A DNA stretch of 64,000 nt, taken from positions 62,968 to 126,967 of the forward strand of contig CAZSKU010000001.1 in the NCBI GenBank assembly GCA_964607515.1, read 5' to 3'. This DNA comes from an uncultured bacterium. Lineage in GTDB: Bacteria; Fermentibacterota; Fermentibacteria; Fermentibacterales; JCC-6. A model generated the notes under the pieces. That model was not told where the DNA came from and made no database searches. It worked only from the letters and a program-made list of their open reading frames with translations. The position numbers were made by a program, and so were the translations under genes. This document shows positions 1 to 10,219 of the stretch, one piece after another; the stretch's first letter is position 1; every line of letters begins with the position of its first letter.

Positions 1-810
1 GCCGTCAGGAACCTGGGGCAGGGTCAGGCCACCTGGGCCCGGGGATCCTCGGGCAGCGGACTGTTCCTGTCCATGGCCGACTCCGACCGCTACATGGGAC
101 GCGGTTCGGACTCGCTCTCCTGGACCGAGGACTACTCCGCCGGGCTTGATCTGGCCCTTACGACCCCGGAGGATCCGGAGTTCCAGGACCCTGTGGGTGA
201 TCCGGCATCCCTGGATTTGGACTCGCTGTTCCGGGTGGCTTCCGAGTGGGGGGTGGGATGCAACCGGGACAGAGTGCAGGCCCACCTGGACGAACTGGTC
301 TCCCGGGGGGATGCCGCGGTGGTGTACGTGCTGGAGGAACACCTGGATTCCTGGGACGGGCTGGAGCACCGGGCGATCATCGAGGTTCTGAAGGGCCGCC
401 GGGACGTATCCCTCGGGATACTGCTCGGGTTGCTGGAGGGCGGTTCGCTGGAGGGAAGGAGGTTCTCAAACGCCGTTTCCTGGCTCGGGGAGGTGGGCGG
501 AGACCAGGCAAGACCCTTCGTGGAGGGACTTCTGGCGGACACCGTTCCACCCGGTCGGGCGGTTACCCTCATCAGGGCCCTGGGGGACATCGGCTCCGAC
601 TCTTCGGTTTCCGTGATCCTGCCCTTCGCCCGGTGGGAGGACGAGTTGGTGAGAAGGGAGACGGCTGTGAGCCTTGGAAAGATCTCTTCACCCATGGCGG
701 AGGAGACACTGGAGAGGCTGGCGGAGGATCCGAAGCTTGACGTGATGAGCGCCGCGAGACATGCTCTCGGGCTGGTGAGAACGGAACAAGAAGGTTTGAC
801 AACAGAATAG
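1..810 (+). CDS. HEAT-repeat protein, 5'-truncated by the window edge
   Basis: Frame is open from base 1 (no stop before the ATG at 73). C-terminal half has HEAT/PBS-lyase-like units: AVSWLGEVGG, LIRALGDIG, VRRETAVSLGKI, VMSAARHALG. Confidence 0.75.
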   Translation, partial: AVRNLGQGQATWARGSSGSGLFLSMADSDRYMGRGSDSLSWTEDYSAGLDLALTTPEDPEFQDPVGDPASLDLDSLFRVASEWGVGCNRDRVQAHLDELVSRGDAAVVYVLEEHLDSWDGLEHRAIIEVLKGRRDVSLGILLGLLEGGSLEGRRFSNAVSWLGEVGGDQARPFVEGLLADTVPPGRAVTLIRALGDIGSDSSVSVILPFARWEDELVRRETAVSLGKISSPMAEETLERLAEDPKLDVMSAARHALGLVRTEQEGLTTE

Positions 811-824
811 AACGTGCATATTAT
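796..824 (+). promoter_or_regulatory. sigma70-type promoter for the 872 lipoprotein gene
   Basis: TTGACA (796-801), 17 nt spacer, TATTAT (819-824); about 48 nt upstream of the start codon. Confidence 0.7.
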
Positions 825-871
825 GCCAATATGGGAAGCATGCGCTTCCATCTCCAGAGAAAGGGGAAAAA

Positions 872-1693
872 GTGAAAAAGCTCCTTGTTTCAGGGTTGGT
901 ACTCGGCATGGTGGTAGTGGCTGGCTGCGCCGGCGACGATGATCCTTCGGGCCCCGGCGGAACCCTTCCCACCGTTCAAAACCTTGCCATAAGCGACGCC
1001 AGCACGGGCAACAGCATCGTGCTCACCTGGTCCGCCGTGGAGGACGTCGAGGGCTACAAGGTCTATTTCCGTGAGACCGCCGGCGGCACCTGGGTCGAGG
1101 GCGGCGACGTGGCCACCACCACCTTCACCCACACCGCCACCGTGGCCGGCTACTACACCGTCTCAGCCTACGACGGCGACGACTACAGCGAGAACTACGC
1201 CACCGAGGTCAACACCCTTCCCAACATCGTGAACACGGTCTACAGGATCTACGACAACTTCGCTCCCGCCCAGTACGACAGCGGCTTCATATTCGGCCCC
1301 ACCGGCGGTCAGACCGGCCAGGCCAGCGACCCCGACTTCGAGCAGGACATCTACGCCTACGACGAGAGCAAGGGCGATCCTGACGTGTGGCTGTACTCCG
1401 GCAACTACGGCCAGTTCGGCAACGGCAACCCCACCTACATGGCCGACCCCGCGGGCACCTACGGCTACTGCAACCAGTACGGCACCGGCAGCTGGTATGA
1501 GAGCTACAGGCTCTACGAGTCCGACAGCGCCGTTTTCTGCGCCCTGCCCTACACCGGCGGCGACGTCGTTTACGTGAAGATGTACGGCCTGGCCATCACC
1601 CCCGAGCAGTCCAGCAACAACGGCACCGAGGTCGCCTTCATGTACGAGTACCAGCCCATGGCCAACATCACGGTCTTCACCAGCAACTACTAA
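872..1693 (+). CDS. Lipoprotein with Fn3-like N-terminal domain; unknown function
   Basis: Signal peptide with lipobox VAGC, Fn3-like VQNLAI..IVLTWSAV..GYKVY. Codons are strongly C-ending. Has its own promoter and terminator; paralog at 52556-53329. Confidence 0.85.
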   Translation: MKKLLVSGLVLGMVVVAGCAGDDDPSGPGGTLPTVQNLAISDASTGNSIVLTWSAVEDVEGYKVYFRETAGGTWVEGGDVATTTFTHTATVAGYYTVSAYDGDDYSENYATEVNTLPNIVNTVYRIYDNFAPAQYDSGFIFGPTGGQTGQASDPDFEQDIYAYDESKGDPDVWLYSGNYGQFGNGNPTYMADPAGTYGYCNQYGTGSWYESYRLYESDSAVFCALPYTGGDVVYVKMYGLAITPEQSSNNGTEVAFMYEYQPMANITVFTSNY

Positions 1694-1713
1694 AAGGAAC
1701 CGTGGTCCATATC

Positions 1714-1739
1714 GGGGGGGGCTTCGGCTCCCCCCTTTT
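1714..1739 (+). terminator. Intrinsic terminator
   Basis: GGGGGGGGC-TTCG-GCTCCCCCC stem-loop with a C(UUCG)G tetraloop followed by TTTT, 20 nt after the stop at 1693. Confidence 0.85.
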
Positions 1740-1752
1740 GCTTGGAGGACCC

Positions 1753-2535
1753 ATGCTTCACGCAATACTCGGCTTCGCCCTGCTGGGGCAGCCCCTGATC
1801 CTTCAGAATCCCGACACCCTGGTGACCCCGTCGGCGGGTCTTCCCGGAGGAACCTCCCAGGCTGTGTCCACCGCGGCGGCTCTGGAAGGAGCCGTCTGGG
1901 GTATCGGAGTGGCGGATCTTCGAACCGGTGAAAGGATTGTGCGCAACGTTTCCAGGAGTTTCCGCCTGGACATGCCATCGCTTCCCCTGGCGGCGTGCGG
2001 GGTGGAACTGTCCGACAGCGGGGAGATTCCCCTGGACAGCATGATCGCCAGGAACGAGAGATTCTGGGAGAAGCTCCACTGGGCCCAGCAGGGGGGCAGG
2101 GGCGTGTGCGCCTCGGTAATCTGGAGCATCAGGGAAACCCGCATAGCGCAATGGCTTCGGGACGGGGGATTCTCGGGAACAGTGGTGAGCGGGGTCTACC
2201 TGGACCGCCCGATTCCCTACGAGCCGGATCCGAACTACATAACCGTAGAAGACGCCCTGTCATTCCTGGACATCATCTACCGGAATCTTGAGGACAGGAA
2301 CGTCCGCAGGATAGGCGACAACCCGCCCCTCTCCCAGACAAACCGGGAAACCCTGGGGGTTTCCAACACCCTTTACGGCTGGTTCGATGAGACGTCTTCC
2401 TCCCGTCATATATTCCTGATCGTTCGGAAGCCCTCCGGGGAGGACTACGGCATCGTCATACTTACCGAAGACCTCTGCTGTCCCGGCAAGGCCGACATGG
2501 CCCTGGACATAATCTGGGATTCTCTGAAGGACTGA
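1753..2535 (+). CDS. Secreted class A beta-lactamase-like fold protein with degenerate active site
   Basis: GGAGG RBS before ATG 1753, hydrophobic N-terminus. GIGVADLRTGERI..N..RSF, GEIPLD and NYITVEDALSFL segments resemble the Beta-lactamase2 family, but there is no SxxK, SDN or KTG. Confidence 0.55.
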   Translation: MLHAILGFALLGQPLILQNPDTLVTPSAGLPGGTSQAVSTAAALEGAVWGIGVADLRTGERIVRNVSRSFRLDMPSLPLAACGVELSDSGEIPLDSMIARNERFWEKLHWAQQGGRGVCASVIWSIRETRIAQWLRDGGFSGTVVSGVYLDRPIPYEPDPNYITVEDALSFLDIIYRNLEDRNVRRIGDNPPLSQTNRETLGVSNTLYGWFDETSSSRHIFLIVRKPSGEDYGIVILTEDLCCPGKADMALDIIWDSLKD

Positions 2536-2569
2536 AACGACAGACGGCGCAACGACGACGGGAGGAACC

Positions 2570-3511
2570 ATGGCAGTCAACCTCAGGGGCAAGAGCCTCC
2601 TCACCCTTCTTGACCTGAGCCCCGAGCAGATTCACTACCTGCTGGACGTGGCCCATAACCTCAAGGCTGAGAGGGTGGGTTTCCAGACGTACCAGCGATT
2701 CCAGGGCAAGACCCTGGCCATGCTCTTCGAGAAGCGCTCCACCAGAACCCGCTGCGCCTTCGAGACGGCCTTCGGCGAGGAGGGCGGCCATCCGGTTTTC
2801 CTCTCCAGCGCCGATATTCAGCTGGGGGCCAAGGAGAGTATCGAGGACACAGCCCGGGTGCTGGGTCGCATGTTCGATGCCATTATGTTCCGGGGTTTCA
2901 GCCAGGAGATGGCGGAAGCCCTGGACGACTACTCCGGGGTGCCTGTGTACAACGCCCTGACCGACATGTACCACCCCACCCAGGTGCTTGCCGACCTTAT
3001 GACCATCGAGGAGCATGCCGGCGAACTGGCCGGGCTTTCCCTGGTGTACGCCGGCGACGGACGGAACAACATGGCCAACAGCCTCATGATAGGCTGTGCA
3101 AAAATGGGGTTGGACTGCACCATTCTCGCCCCAGGCGAACTTCAGCCCCGGGGCGACCTTCTGGAGAGGGTCATGGGGATAGCCGCGGACAGCGGCAGCG
3201 AGATCCGGGTCACCGACAACCCGAAGGAGGCGGTACCCGGAGCTGACGTCATCTATACCGACGTCTGGGCCAGCATGGGGGAGGAAGAGAAGGCCAAGGA
3301 TCGGATCCGTCTTCTCACCCCCTACCAGGTCAACCAGGAGATGATGGACATGGCCGGCAACCAGGATCTGATCTTCATGCACTGCCTTCCGGCGGTGAAG
3401 GGTCAGGAGGTCACCTACGACGTGATCGAGGGCCCCGGATCGGTGGTCTGGGACGAAGCCGAGAACAGGAAGCACACCATCAAGGCACTGATGGTGGCCA
3501 CCCTCCTGTAA
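2570..3511 (+). CDS. argF: Ornithine carbamoyltransferase
   Basis: STRTR carbamoyl-phosphate motif, HPTQ, DVWASMG, HCLP; GGAGG RBS. Confidence 0.96.
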   Translation: MAVNLRGKSLLTLLDLSPEQIHYLLDVAHNLKAERVGFQTYQRFQGKTLAMLFEKRSTRTRCAFETAFGEEGGHPVFLSSADIQLGAKESIEDTARVLGRMFDAIMFRGFSQEMAEALDDYSGVPVYNALTDMYHPTQVLADLMTIEEHAGELAGLSLVYAGDGRNNMANSLMIGCAKMGLDCTILAPGELQPRGDLLERVMGIAADSGSEIRVTDNPKEAVPGADVIYTDVWASMGEEEKAKDRIRLLTPYQVNQEMMDMAGNQDLIFMHCLPAVKGQEVTYDVIEGPGSVVWDEAENRKHTIKALMVATLL

Positions 3512-3530
3512 CTCCGGATCGAATCGGCTT

Positions 3531-4397
3531 ATGAGGGCTTCGCCCGGGGATGTCACGGTGGTCACCGTGGCTGCCGACAGCGGCGAAGCCCTTGTTCGCT
3601 GGAGGGATGCCTGGGCGCCTGCCGGGTGTGGGCTTCTTCTGGCGGACAACGGCTCCACCGACGGCTTCCCGGAAAAATGCCGGGTCCCGGTGGTTCCCAC
3701 CGGGGGAAACCTTGGCTTCGGCCCGGGGATCAACGCCGCCGCCGCCCGGTGCGAAACGCCCCTGGTGCTTGTGACCAACCCGGATACCGTCCCCGCTTCG
3801 GAAGACTCCCTGCGCATCCTTGTGGATCAACACCGGCAGGGCGCCCTCTCGGGGGGAAGACTGCTGGATTTCCGGGGCAGGCCTGTCCCCTCGGGAGGCA
3901 GGTGGCCCACGGTTCCATGGGTAGCCGGACAGGTCTTCTTCAGGACTTCCAGCCTCTGGCGGGGCGGGCGCCCCGACTGGATACAGGGTTCGCTGATTCT
4001 TGCCGATACCTCGGTTTTGATGGACACCCTCGGGGGATTCCACCGGGACTTCCCCCTTTACTTCGAGGATGTCGACCTGTGCGCCGGAGCCCTGTCGAAG
4101 GGAATCCCGACGGTCTTCATCCCCGGCGCTCGCTTCATCCACCGCGAGGGTACGGGAGCCCCCTCCGCCCGGGCGGTTAGGATTTCGTGCTTCCACTGGG
4201 GCATGTGGCGCTGGTTCGCCAGGCACAGGTCCGGGGCGGCGCCCCTTGTCCGATGGCTTGTCATGCGGAAGTGTCTGGTCCGGATGGCAGCGGCGGAGAG
4301 GGGGTCTCCCGTCAGAACGGGTTACGAGAGGGCGCTGGATTCGCTTCGAAGGAGGATTCCGCCGGAGCTTCCGCCGGCCGGTTCACTCGGCGGCTGA
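3531..4397 (+). CDS. Glycosyltransferase family 2
   Basis: ADNGSTDG, NLGFGPGIN, NPD (DxD-like), FPLYFEDVDLC. Confidence 0.85.
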   Translation: MRASPGDVTVVTVAADSGEALVRWRDAWAPAGCGLLLADNGSTDGFPEKCRVPVVPTGGNLGFGPGINAAAARCETPLVLVTNPDTVPASEDSLRILVDQHRQGALSGGRLLDFRGRPVPSGGRWPTVPWVAGQVFFRTSSLWRGGRPDWIQGSLILADTSVLMDTLGGFHRDFPLYFEDVDLCAGALSKGIPTVFIPGARFIHREGTGAPSARAVRISCFHWGMWRWFARHRSGAAPLVRWLVMRKCLVRMAAAERGSPVRTGYERALDSLRRRIPPELPPAGSLGG

Positions 4398-5312
4398 ACT
4401 CTCCTGAACCCTGCCCTGCCCCGCCTCCCTGATCTCCCCCAGGAGCTTCAGGTAGGACTCGTATCTGCACCCGGCGATGCTTCCGGAATCCGCGGCCTGA
4501 CTGACCGCGCACCCCGGTTCGGAATCGTGCAGACAGTTCCTGAAGCGGCAGGGGCCGAAGGCCTGGAACTCCGGAAAGCAGAACCGGAGCTGGTCGGAAG
4601 GTATGTGCTCCACGCTGAACGCCCGTAGTCCCGGGGTGTCCATGAGCCATGTGTCGTCGCCCAGGTGAAGCAGCCTCGAAGCCACGGTGGTGTGCCGTCC
4701 CCGGGAAGTCCTGGCGTTCAGGGCTCCCACGGCCAGATCGAGCCCGGGATTCAGGGCCAGGGCCAGGGAGGTCTTTCCCGCCCCGGAAGGGCCGGTGAGA
4801 ACCACCGCCTGCCCCCGGATCATCTCTCTCAGTTCCGGGACGCCGGCCCCGGTCTCAGCCGACACCTGGAGCAAGTCGTACCCAGCGCCATCCCGGTAGA
4901 TCGCTGTCAGTTCCGGTATGTCCGCGGCCTCCGGCAGTCCCGCCAGATCCGTCTTGTTCAGAACCACGGCGCATCTGAGCCGGTTGTGTTCGGCCGAAGC
5001 CAGTACCCGGTCCAGAAAGCCCTTTCTTAGCGCGGGACGGCACACCGAAACCACCACCAGGACCCTGTCCACGTTGGCCGCCAGAACCTGGGGCTTTCCC
5101 AGGGGGGACGTCCGGGTGAGCACCGACGTCCGGGGCAGGACATCGGTGACCCTCCACCTGGGCACCCCGGGAACCGCCTCCACCAGGTCGCCGCACACCG
5201 CTCCCCCCGCGTCCCGGTACACCAGGCCGGACACCGAAGCCTTCTCGGTTTCACCGCCGGGAAGCGCCAGAATCACTCCCCGCCTGCCTGTGGAATGAAC
5301 CCTGGCCCTCAC
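4383..5312 (-). CDS. rsgA: Ribosome small subunit-dependent GTPase A
   Basis: AANVD, NKTD, GPSGAGKTSL, GRHTT, DTPG and C-terminal CRFRNCLHDSEPGC zinc site. GTG start at 5312 overlaps the upstream TGA; the ORF-track extension to 5924 is spurious. Confidence 0.93.
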   Translation of the reverse strand: MRARVHSTGRRGVILALPGGETEKASVSGLVYRDAGGAVCGDLVEAVPGVPRWRVTDVLPRTSVLTRTSPLGKPQVLAANVDRVLVVVSVCRPALRKGFLDRVLASAEHNRLRCAVVLNKTDLAGLPEAADIPELTAIYRDGAGYDLLQVSAETGAGVPELREMIRGQAVVLTGPSGAGKTSLALALNPGLDLAVGALNARTSRGRHTTVASRLLHLGDDTWLMDTPGLRAFSVEHIPSDQLRFCFPEFQAFGPCRFRNCLHDSEPGCAVSQAADSGSIAGCRYESYLKLLGEIREAGQGRVQESSAAE

Positions 5313-6601
5313 GGGGTTTCCCCGGGCCCCGGGATTGTAATCACCGGGATACTTCCGGACAGGGAATCGAGCCATTTCGCGGCATGGTCCGAAAGGTAGA
5401 AATCGTCCATGAACACGACTATGGAAGTCACTCCCTGCCGAAGCAGGTCCTCCTCCCCGGCGCCCTCCCATACCGCCCGGTCCAGGGCCACGTAACCTTC
5501 GGGGTACGAAGCCCTGCTCCGGAGCAGGGCGAGCCTGGGGATCACCAGTTCGTTGGCGGCCACCCTGCCCTCCGGCAGTCGGCCCGCCGCCGATGCCAGC
5601 CCCCGGTCGAGCATGGCCTCCGTTCGCCAGGAATCCAGGGTCTCGGGCCAGGCGAAGATTCCCCCGGCCAGACACAGGGCCGCCAGCAGTGCCCGATTCA
5701 CACCGGGGAAAAGGGATCCCGTCCGGCCGGCGCAGAACGGCACCGCCAGAAGGATCACCTGATCGGCGTACCTGGGGAGCACCAGGCTTCCCATGACCAG
5801 ACCCGTCCAGAGCAGAACCACGTTGATTCCCGCTGGAACCGCCAGTCTCCACCGCCGAAAATCCACCAGCAGCGCCGCGCCGAAGACGGGGCCCAGCACC
5901 GTGATGACCCTCAGAAGGAGCCACGGCGGAAATGTCACAGGATTCGGAGTGCCGTAATCCATGGCGGCCACGCAGTATCTCACCTCCCGGGCTGTCCAGA
6001 GGAGGTCTCCGCAGGCCCCTGCGTTAAGCAGGATCCAGAACGCCAGGGATACCGCCATGACCGCCAGCGCCCAGGGGGAACGCCTTTCCAGGAAATCGCG
6101 CACTCCGTAGATGAACCCCTCCGGGCGAACCAGGGAGGCCAGGGCCGAAGCCCCCGGGGAGCCCCGGCGACAGCCCCAGAGGATGAGTGCCATGAAGGGA
6201 ACCGCAGGACTCCTGGCAAGGCACAGGTTCAGGAACACCGGGTTCGTTCCCAGGAAAACTCCCGCCAGGAGCCCCGGGAAACCTTCGCCGGCTGCCCTGA
6301 CACCGGCGAATAGAGCCATCCAGGCGACCGCCAGCCAGATTACCGTCTCAGGGGCCTTCCATGGAAGGTTTCCAAGGAGACCCAGCAGAAGATCCCCGGG
6401 TTTCGGGACGGTGTTGGGGTAGTACATCGTCCAGTCGTTCACGGTACCGTCCGGCGATATCACCAGGGAGCCTTCATCGGCAATCTGCCCGGCCCACAGG
6501 GTGTGTGCGGCCCGGTCTGAATCCGGCAGGGGGCCCACTGCCAGGGTGACCCCCAGGAGAGGAGCCAGGCATGCTGCGGAGAGGACGAGGGCGCGGGTCA
6601 C
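5309..6601 (-). CDS. Polytopic membrane protein, probable GT-C-type glycosyltransferase
   Basis: About 9-10 hydrophobic segments, a soluble loop after TM1 (D..AHTLWA...YYPNTVPKP), PRY near the last TM and a small C-terminal soluble domain. This is the layout of PMT/ArnT-like enzymes; family not certain. Confidence 0.55.
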   Translation of the reverse strand: MTRALVLSAACLAPLLGVTLAVGPLPDSDRAAHTLWAGQIADEGSLVISPDGTVNDWTMYYPNTVPKPGDLLLGLLGNLPWKAPETVIWLAVAWMALFAGVRAAGEGFPGLLAGVFLGTNPVFLNLCLARSPAVPFMALILWGCRRGSPGASALASLVRPEGFIYGVRDFLERRSPWALAVMAVSLAFWILLNAGACGDLLWTAREVRYCVAAMDYGTPNPVTFPPWLLLRVITVLGPVFGAALLVDFRRWRLAVPAGINVVLLWTGLVMGSLVLPRYADQVILLAVPFCAGRTGSLFPGVNRALLAALCLAGGIFAWPETLDSWRTEAMLDRGLASAAGRLPEGRVAANELVIPRLALLRSRASYPEGYVALDRAVWEGAGEEDLLRQGVTSIVVFMDDFYLSDHAAKWLDSLSGSIPVITIPGPGETP

Positions 6602-6909
6602 CGGGGTTCCACGAACCTCACTATGTGCTCGCCGGGCCGCCCCCAGCCCAGCACCTCCCTCACCCTGGTCTCCATGTAGGCCGAATCCCTCTCGAGCCTC
6701 ACCACGACGGTCTCCAGGGAGTCGAGCCTGGTCTGAAGGCTCTCCACCTCCATCCTGGTCTGAAGCATCTGCAGCTCCAGCCGGCGGTTGGCAAGGAATC
6801 CGTTACGGTTGAAGAGCACCAGGGCGGCGGTGATCAGCAGCAGCACCGCCATGAGCAGTGCGACGTAGCGTCCCCTTCGGGGCTGCCCGGGCTGGTCGGG
6901 AAGGCGCAA
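6598..6909 (-). CDS. ftsB: Septum formation initiator FtsB/DivIC
   Basis: One TM, NG..., coiled coil, YMETRVREVLGWGRPGE; lies immediately downstream of eno. Confidence 0.8.
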   Translation of the reverse strand: MRLPDQPGQPRRGRYVALLMAVLLLITAALVLFNRNGFLANRRLELQMLQTRMEVESLQTRLDSLETVVVRLERDSAYMETRVREVLGWGRPGEHIVRFVEPR

Positions 6910-6910
6910 G

Positions 6911-8230
<1,320 letters not shown>

Positions 8231-10219
8231 TCACCCCTGGAAAACGGGAAGGCCCTCCTCCATGAGCTTGCTGTAGCTGTCGAGAATCATTTCCTGGGAC
8301 CTGCTGGTCAGGGCCCGGAGCAGCACCTCGGAGATGCCCGGATCGAACTGTTTCCCCGAGCATCTTACCAACTGGTCCATGGCGTACTTCTGCCCCTGGG
8401 ACTTGCGGTAGATCCGGTCACTGCTCATCGCGTCATAGGCGTCGGCCACGCTGAGGATCCGGGCATGGAGGGGGATCGAATCGCCCTTGAGCCCTTCGGG
8501 ATACCCCCTGCCGTCGTAGCGTTCATGGTGGTGCCGGACGATGCCCATCACCCCCTGCAGAGAGCTGAGGGGCTTGAGAATCTGACAGCCCTTCTCCGGA
8601 TGGGACTTGATGAGCCTGAACTCATCGTCGGAGAGCTTTCCGGGTTTGTTCAGTATTGCCTCGGGGATTCCTATCTTGCCGATATCGTGCAGCAGAGCCG
8701 CGCTCCAGAGCAGTTCCCGGTCGCGCCCGGCGATGCCCATCGCATCGGCGATGGCCAGGGAGTAGGCCGTGACGTTGCGGGAATGGTTGTGGGTGTAGGG
8801 ATCCTTGGCGTCCACAGCCTGGGCCATGGCCACTATGGTCTGAAGGTAGTTCCTCTTGCTGTCCTGGTGGAGCAGGGCGTTGTTCAGGGCGGCGACGGCG
8901 TTGCGGAGGAGGATGGGAATGAACCTCGACCTGGAGGTCAGCTTCTGACCTCCCCCGAAGGTGCCCAGGATTATGTGACCCTGGATGCTGCCGTAATCCG
9001 GCAGGGAGAGCACCCGGAATTCCGGAATCCGGTCGAAGTCCCTGGGTCTGTCCTGGTTGAAGGTGCCGTAGACCGGCCTTAAGAAGTATTTCGACGCCTC
9101 GCCTTCGGTCACCAGGGATTCCAGTTCCTTCCTCAGGAACCTCATGACCCTGTCCCTGTCCAGGGAGTCGTCCGCGGAGATGAAGGCGTAGTTGGACGTT
9201 TCCGCCCAGGGGATGAACACCCCTATCACGTCGAAGGGCGAGAAGCATCGTATGCCCGAAGCCGCCAGCTGGACCACCCGCCAGGGATCGAGGTTGGAGG
9301 ATATCTCGTGGGTGAGCATGTTGATCTGCTCCAGCTCCCTGTTCTTCCTGAGAAGGTTCTGGGTGATCATCAGGTTGTGAAGCTGGCTTCCCATCTGGGC
9401 GGCGAAGAGCCCCAGCATCTTCAGGTCGCGGGTTTTGAAGGCGTCACGGCATCCGCTCCTGGCCGCCAGCACCACTCCCTGATGGATGTCCCCCGCGGGG
9501 ATGACGATCCCCATGAAACCAGCCTCGCTTCCGGCCAGGTCGGGGTTGCCTGCGCCGGGTTCGATGAGCAGTTCCCCCCCGGCCTGCAGAGTTCTTCCCG
9601 CAAGGAAGTACCAGGAGACCTCGTCGGCCATGGCCCCCGCTCCGCTACGGGCGGCCAGCTTCAGCTTGCTGCTCCTGGGGGAGTCGCTGATGTAGATCCG
9701 GGTCTCGTCCGCGGAGAAACTCTCCTGGATACGCCCGGCGTAGACACCCAGGAACGAATCCACCGATACGTCCGAGAACCATGTCTCGACGGTCAGCTCG
9801 TAGAGGGCCTTCAATTCCTTGTAGGCGATGTCGCTGAACAGGCTGCGCTGCGACTCCTCCGCCCTTCTTACGGCGTCCAGCAGGTCGCCCATGGAGCAGG
9901 GCTTGGATACGAAATCGAAGGCACCCTGGCGGATGGCCTCCTTGGCCAGGTCCACCGATGCATGCCCGGTGGTGATGATCACAAAGGTGTCGGGATAACG
10001 GGACTTGATGGTCTCCAGGAGTTCCAGGCCGTTGGTGTCCGGCAGGAGAACGTCGCAGAGGACCAGGTTGCATGCGGAAGCCGCAAGTATTTCCATGGCC
10101 CTTGCCCCGTTTGGAGCGGTGTCTACGGTGTATCCGCCGGAACACAGACCCTCCCGGCATACTTCCAGTACTCCGGGATCATCGTCGATCACGAGGATGC
10201 GGGTTCTCCTGGGGCTCAT
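8231..10219 (-). CDS. Response regulator with REC, GAF-like and HD-GYP domains (c-di-GMP phosphodiesterase)
   Basis: N-terminal VIDDD/LCDVLLPD/SKP receiver; RDLKMLGLFAAQ GAF-like helix; C-terminal YTHNHS, LHDIGKIG, HHERYDGRGYP, VADAYDAM. Confidence 0.92.
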   Translation of the reverse strand: MSPRRTRILVIDDDPGVLEVCREGLCSGGYTVDTAPNGARAMEILAASACNLVLCDVLLPDTNGLELLETIKSRYPDTFVIITTGHASVDLAKEAIRQGAFDFVSKPCSMGDLLDAVRRAEESQRSLFSDIAYKELKALYELTVETWFSDVSVDSFLGVYAGRIQESFSADETRIYISDSPRSSKLKLAARSGAGAMADEVSWYFLAGRTLQAGGELLIEPGAGNPDLAGSEAGFMGIVIPAGDIHQGVVLAARSGCRDAFKTRDLKMLGLFAAQMGSQLHNLMITQNLLRKNRELEQINMLTHEISSNLDPWRVVQLAASGIRCFSPFDVIGVFIPWAETSNYAFISADDSLDRDRVMRFLRKELESLVTEGEASKYFLRPVYGTFNQDRPRDFDRIPEFRVLSLPDYGSIQGHIILGTFGGGQKLTSRSRFIPILLRNAVAALNNALLHQDSKRNYLQTIVAMAQAVDAKDPYTHNHSRNVTAYSLAIADAMGIAGRDRELLWSAALLHDIGKIGIPEAILNKPGKLSDDEFRLIKSHPEKGCQILKPLSSLQGVMGIVRHHHERYDGRGYPEGLKGDSIPLHARILSVADAYDAMSSDRIYRKSQGQKYAMDQLVRCSGKQFDPGISEVLLRALTSRSQEMILDSYSKLMEEGLPVFQG

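Noticed and set aside
5313-5924. N-terminal extension of rsgA in the ORF track
   Set aside because: Overlaps the membrane-protein gene in another frame; a GTG at 5312 coupled to its stop gives a normal-length RsgA.
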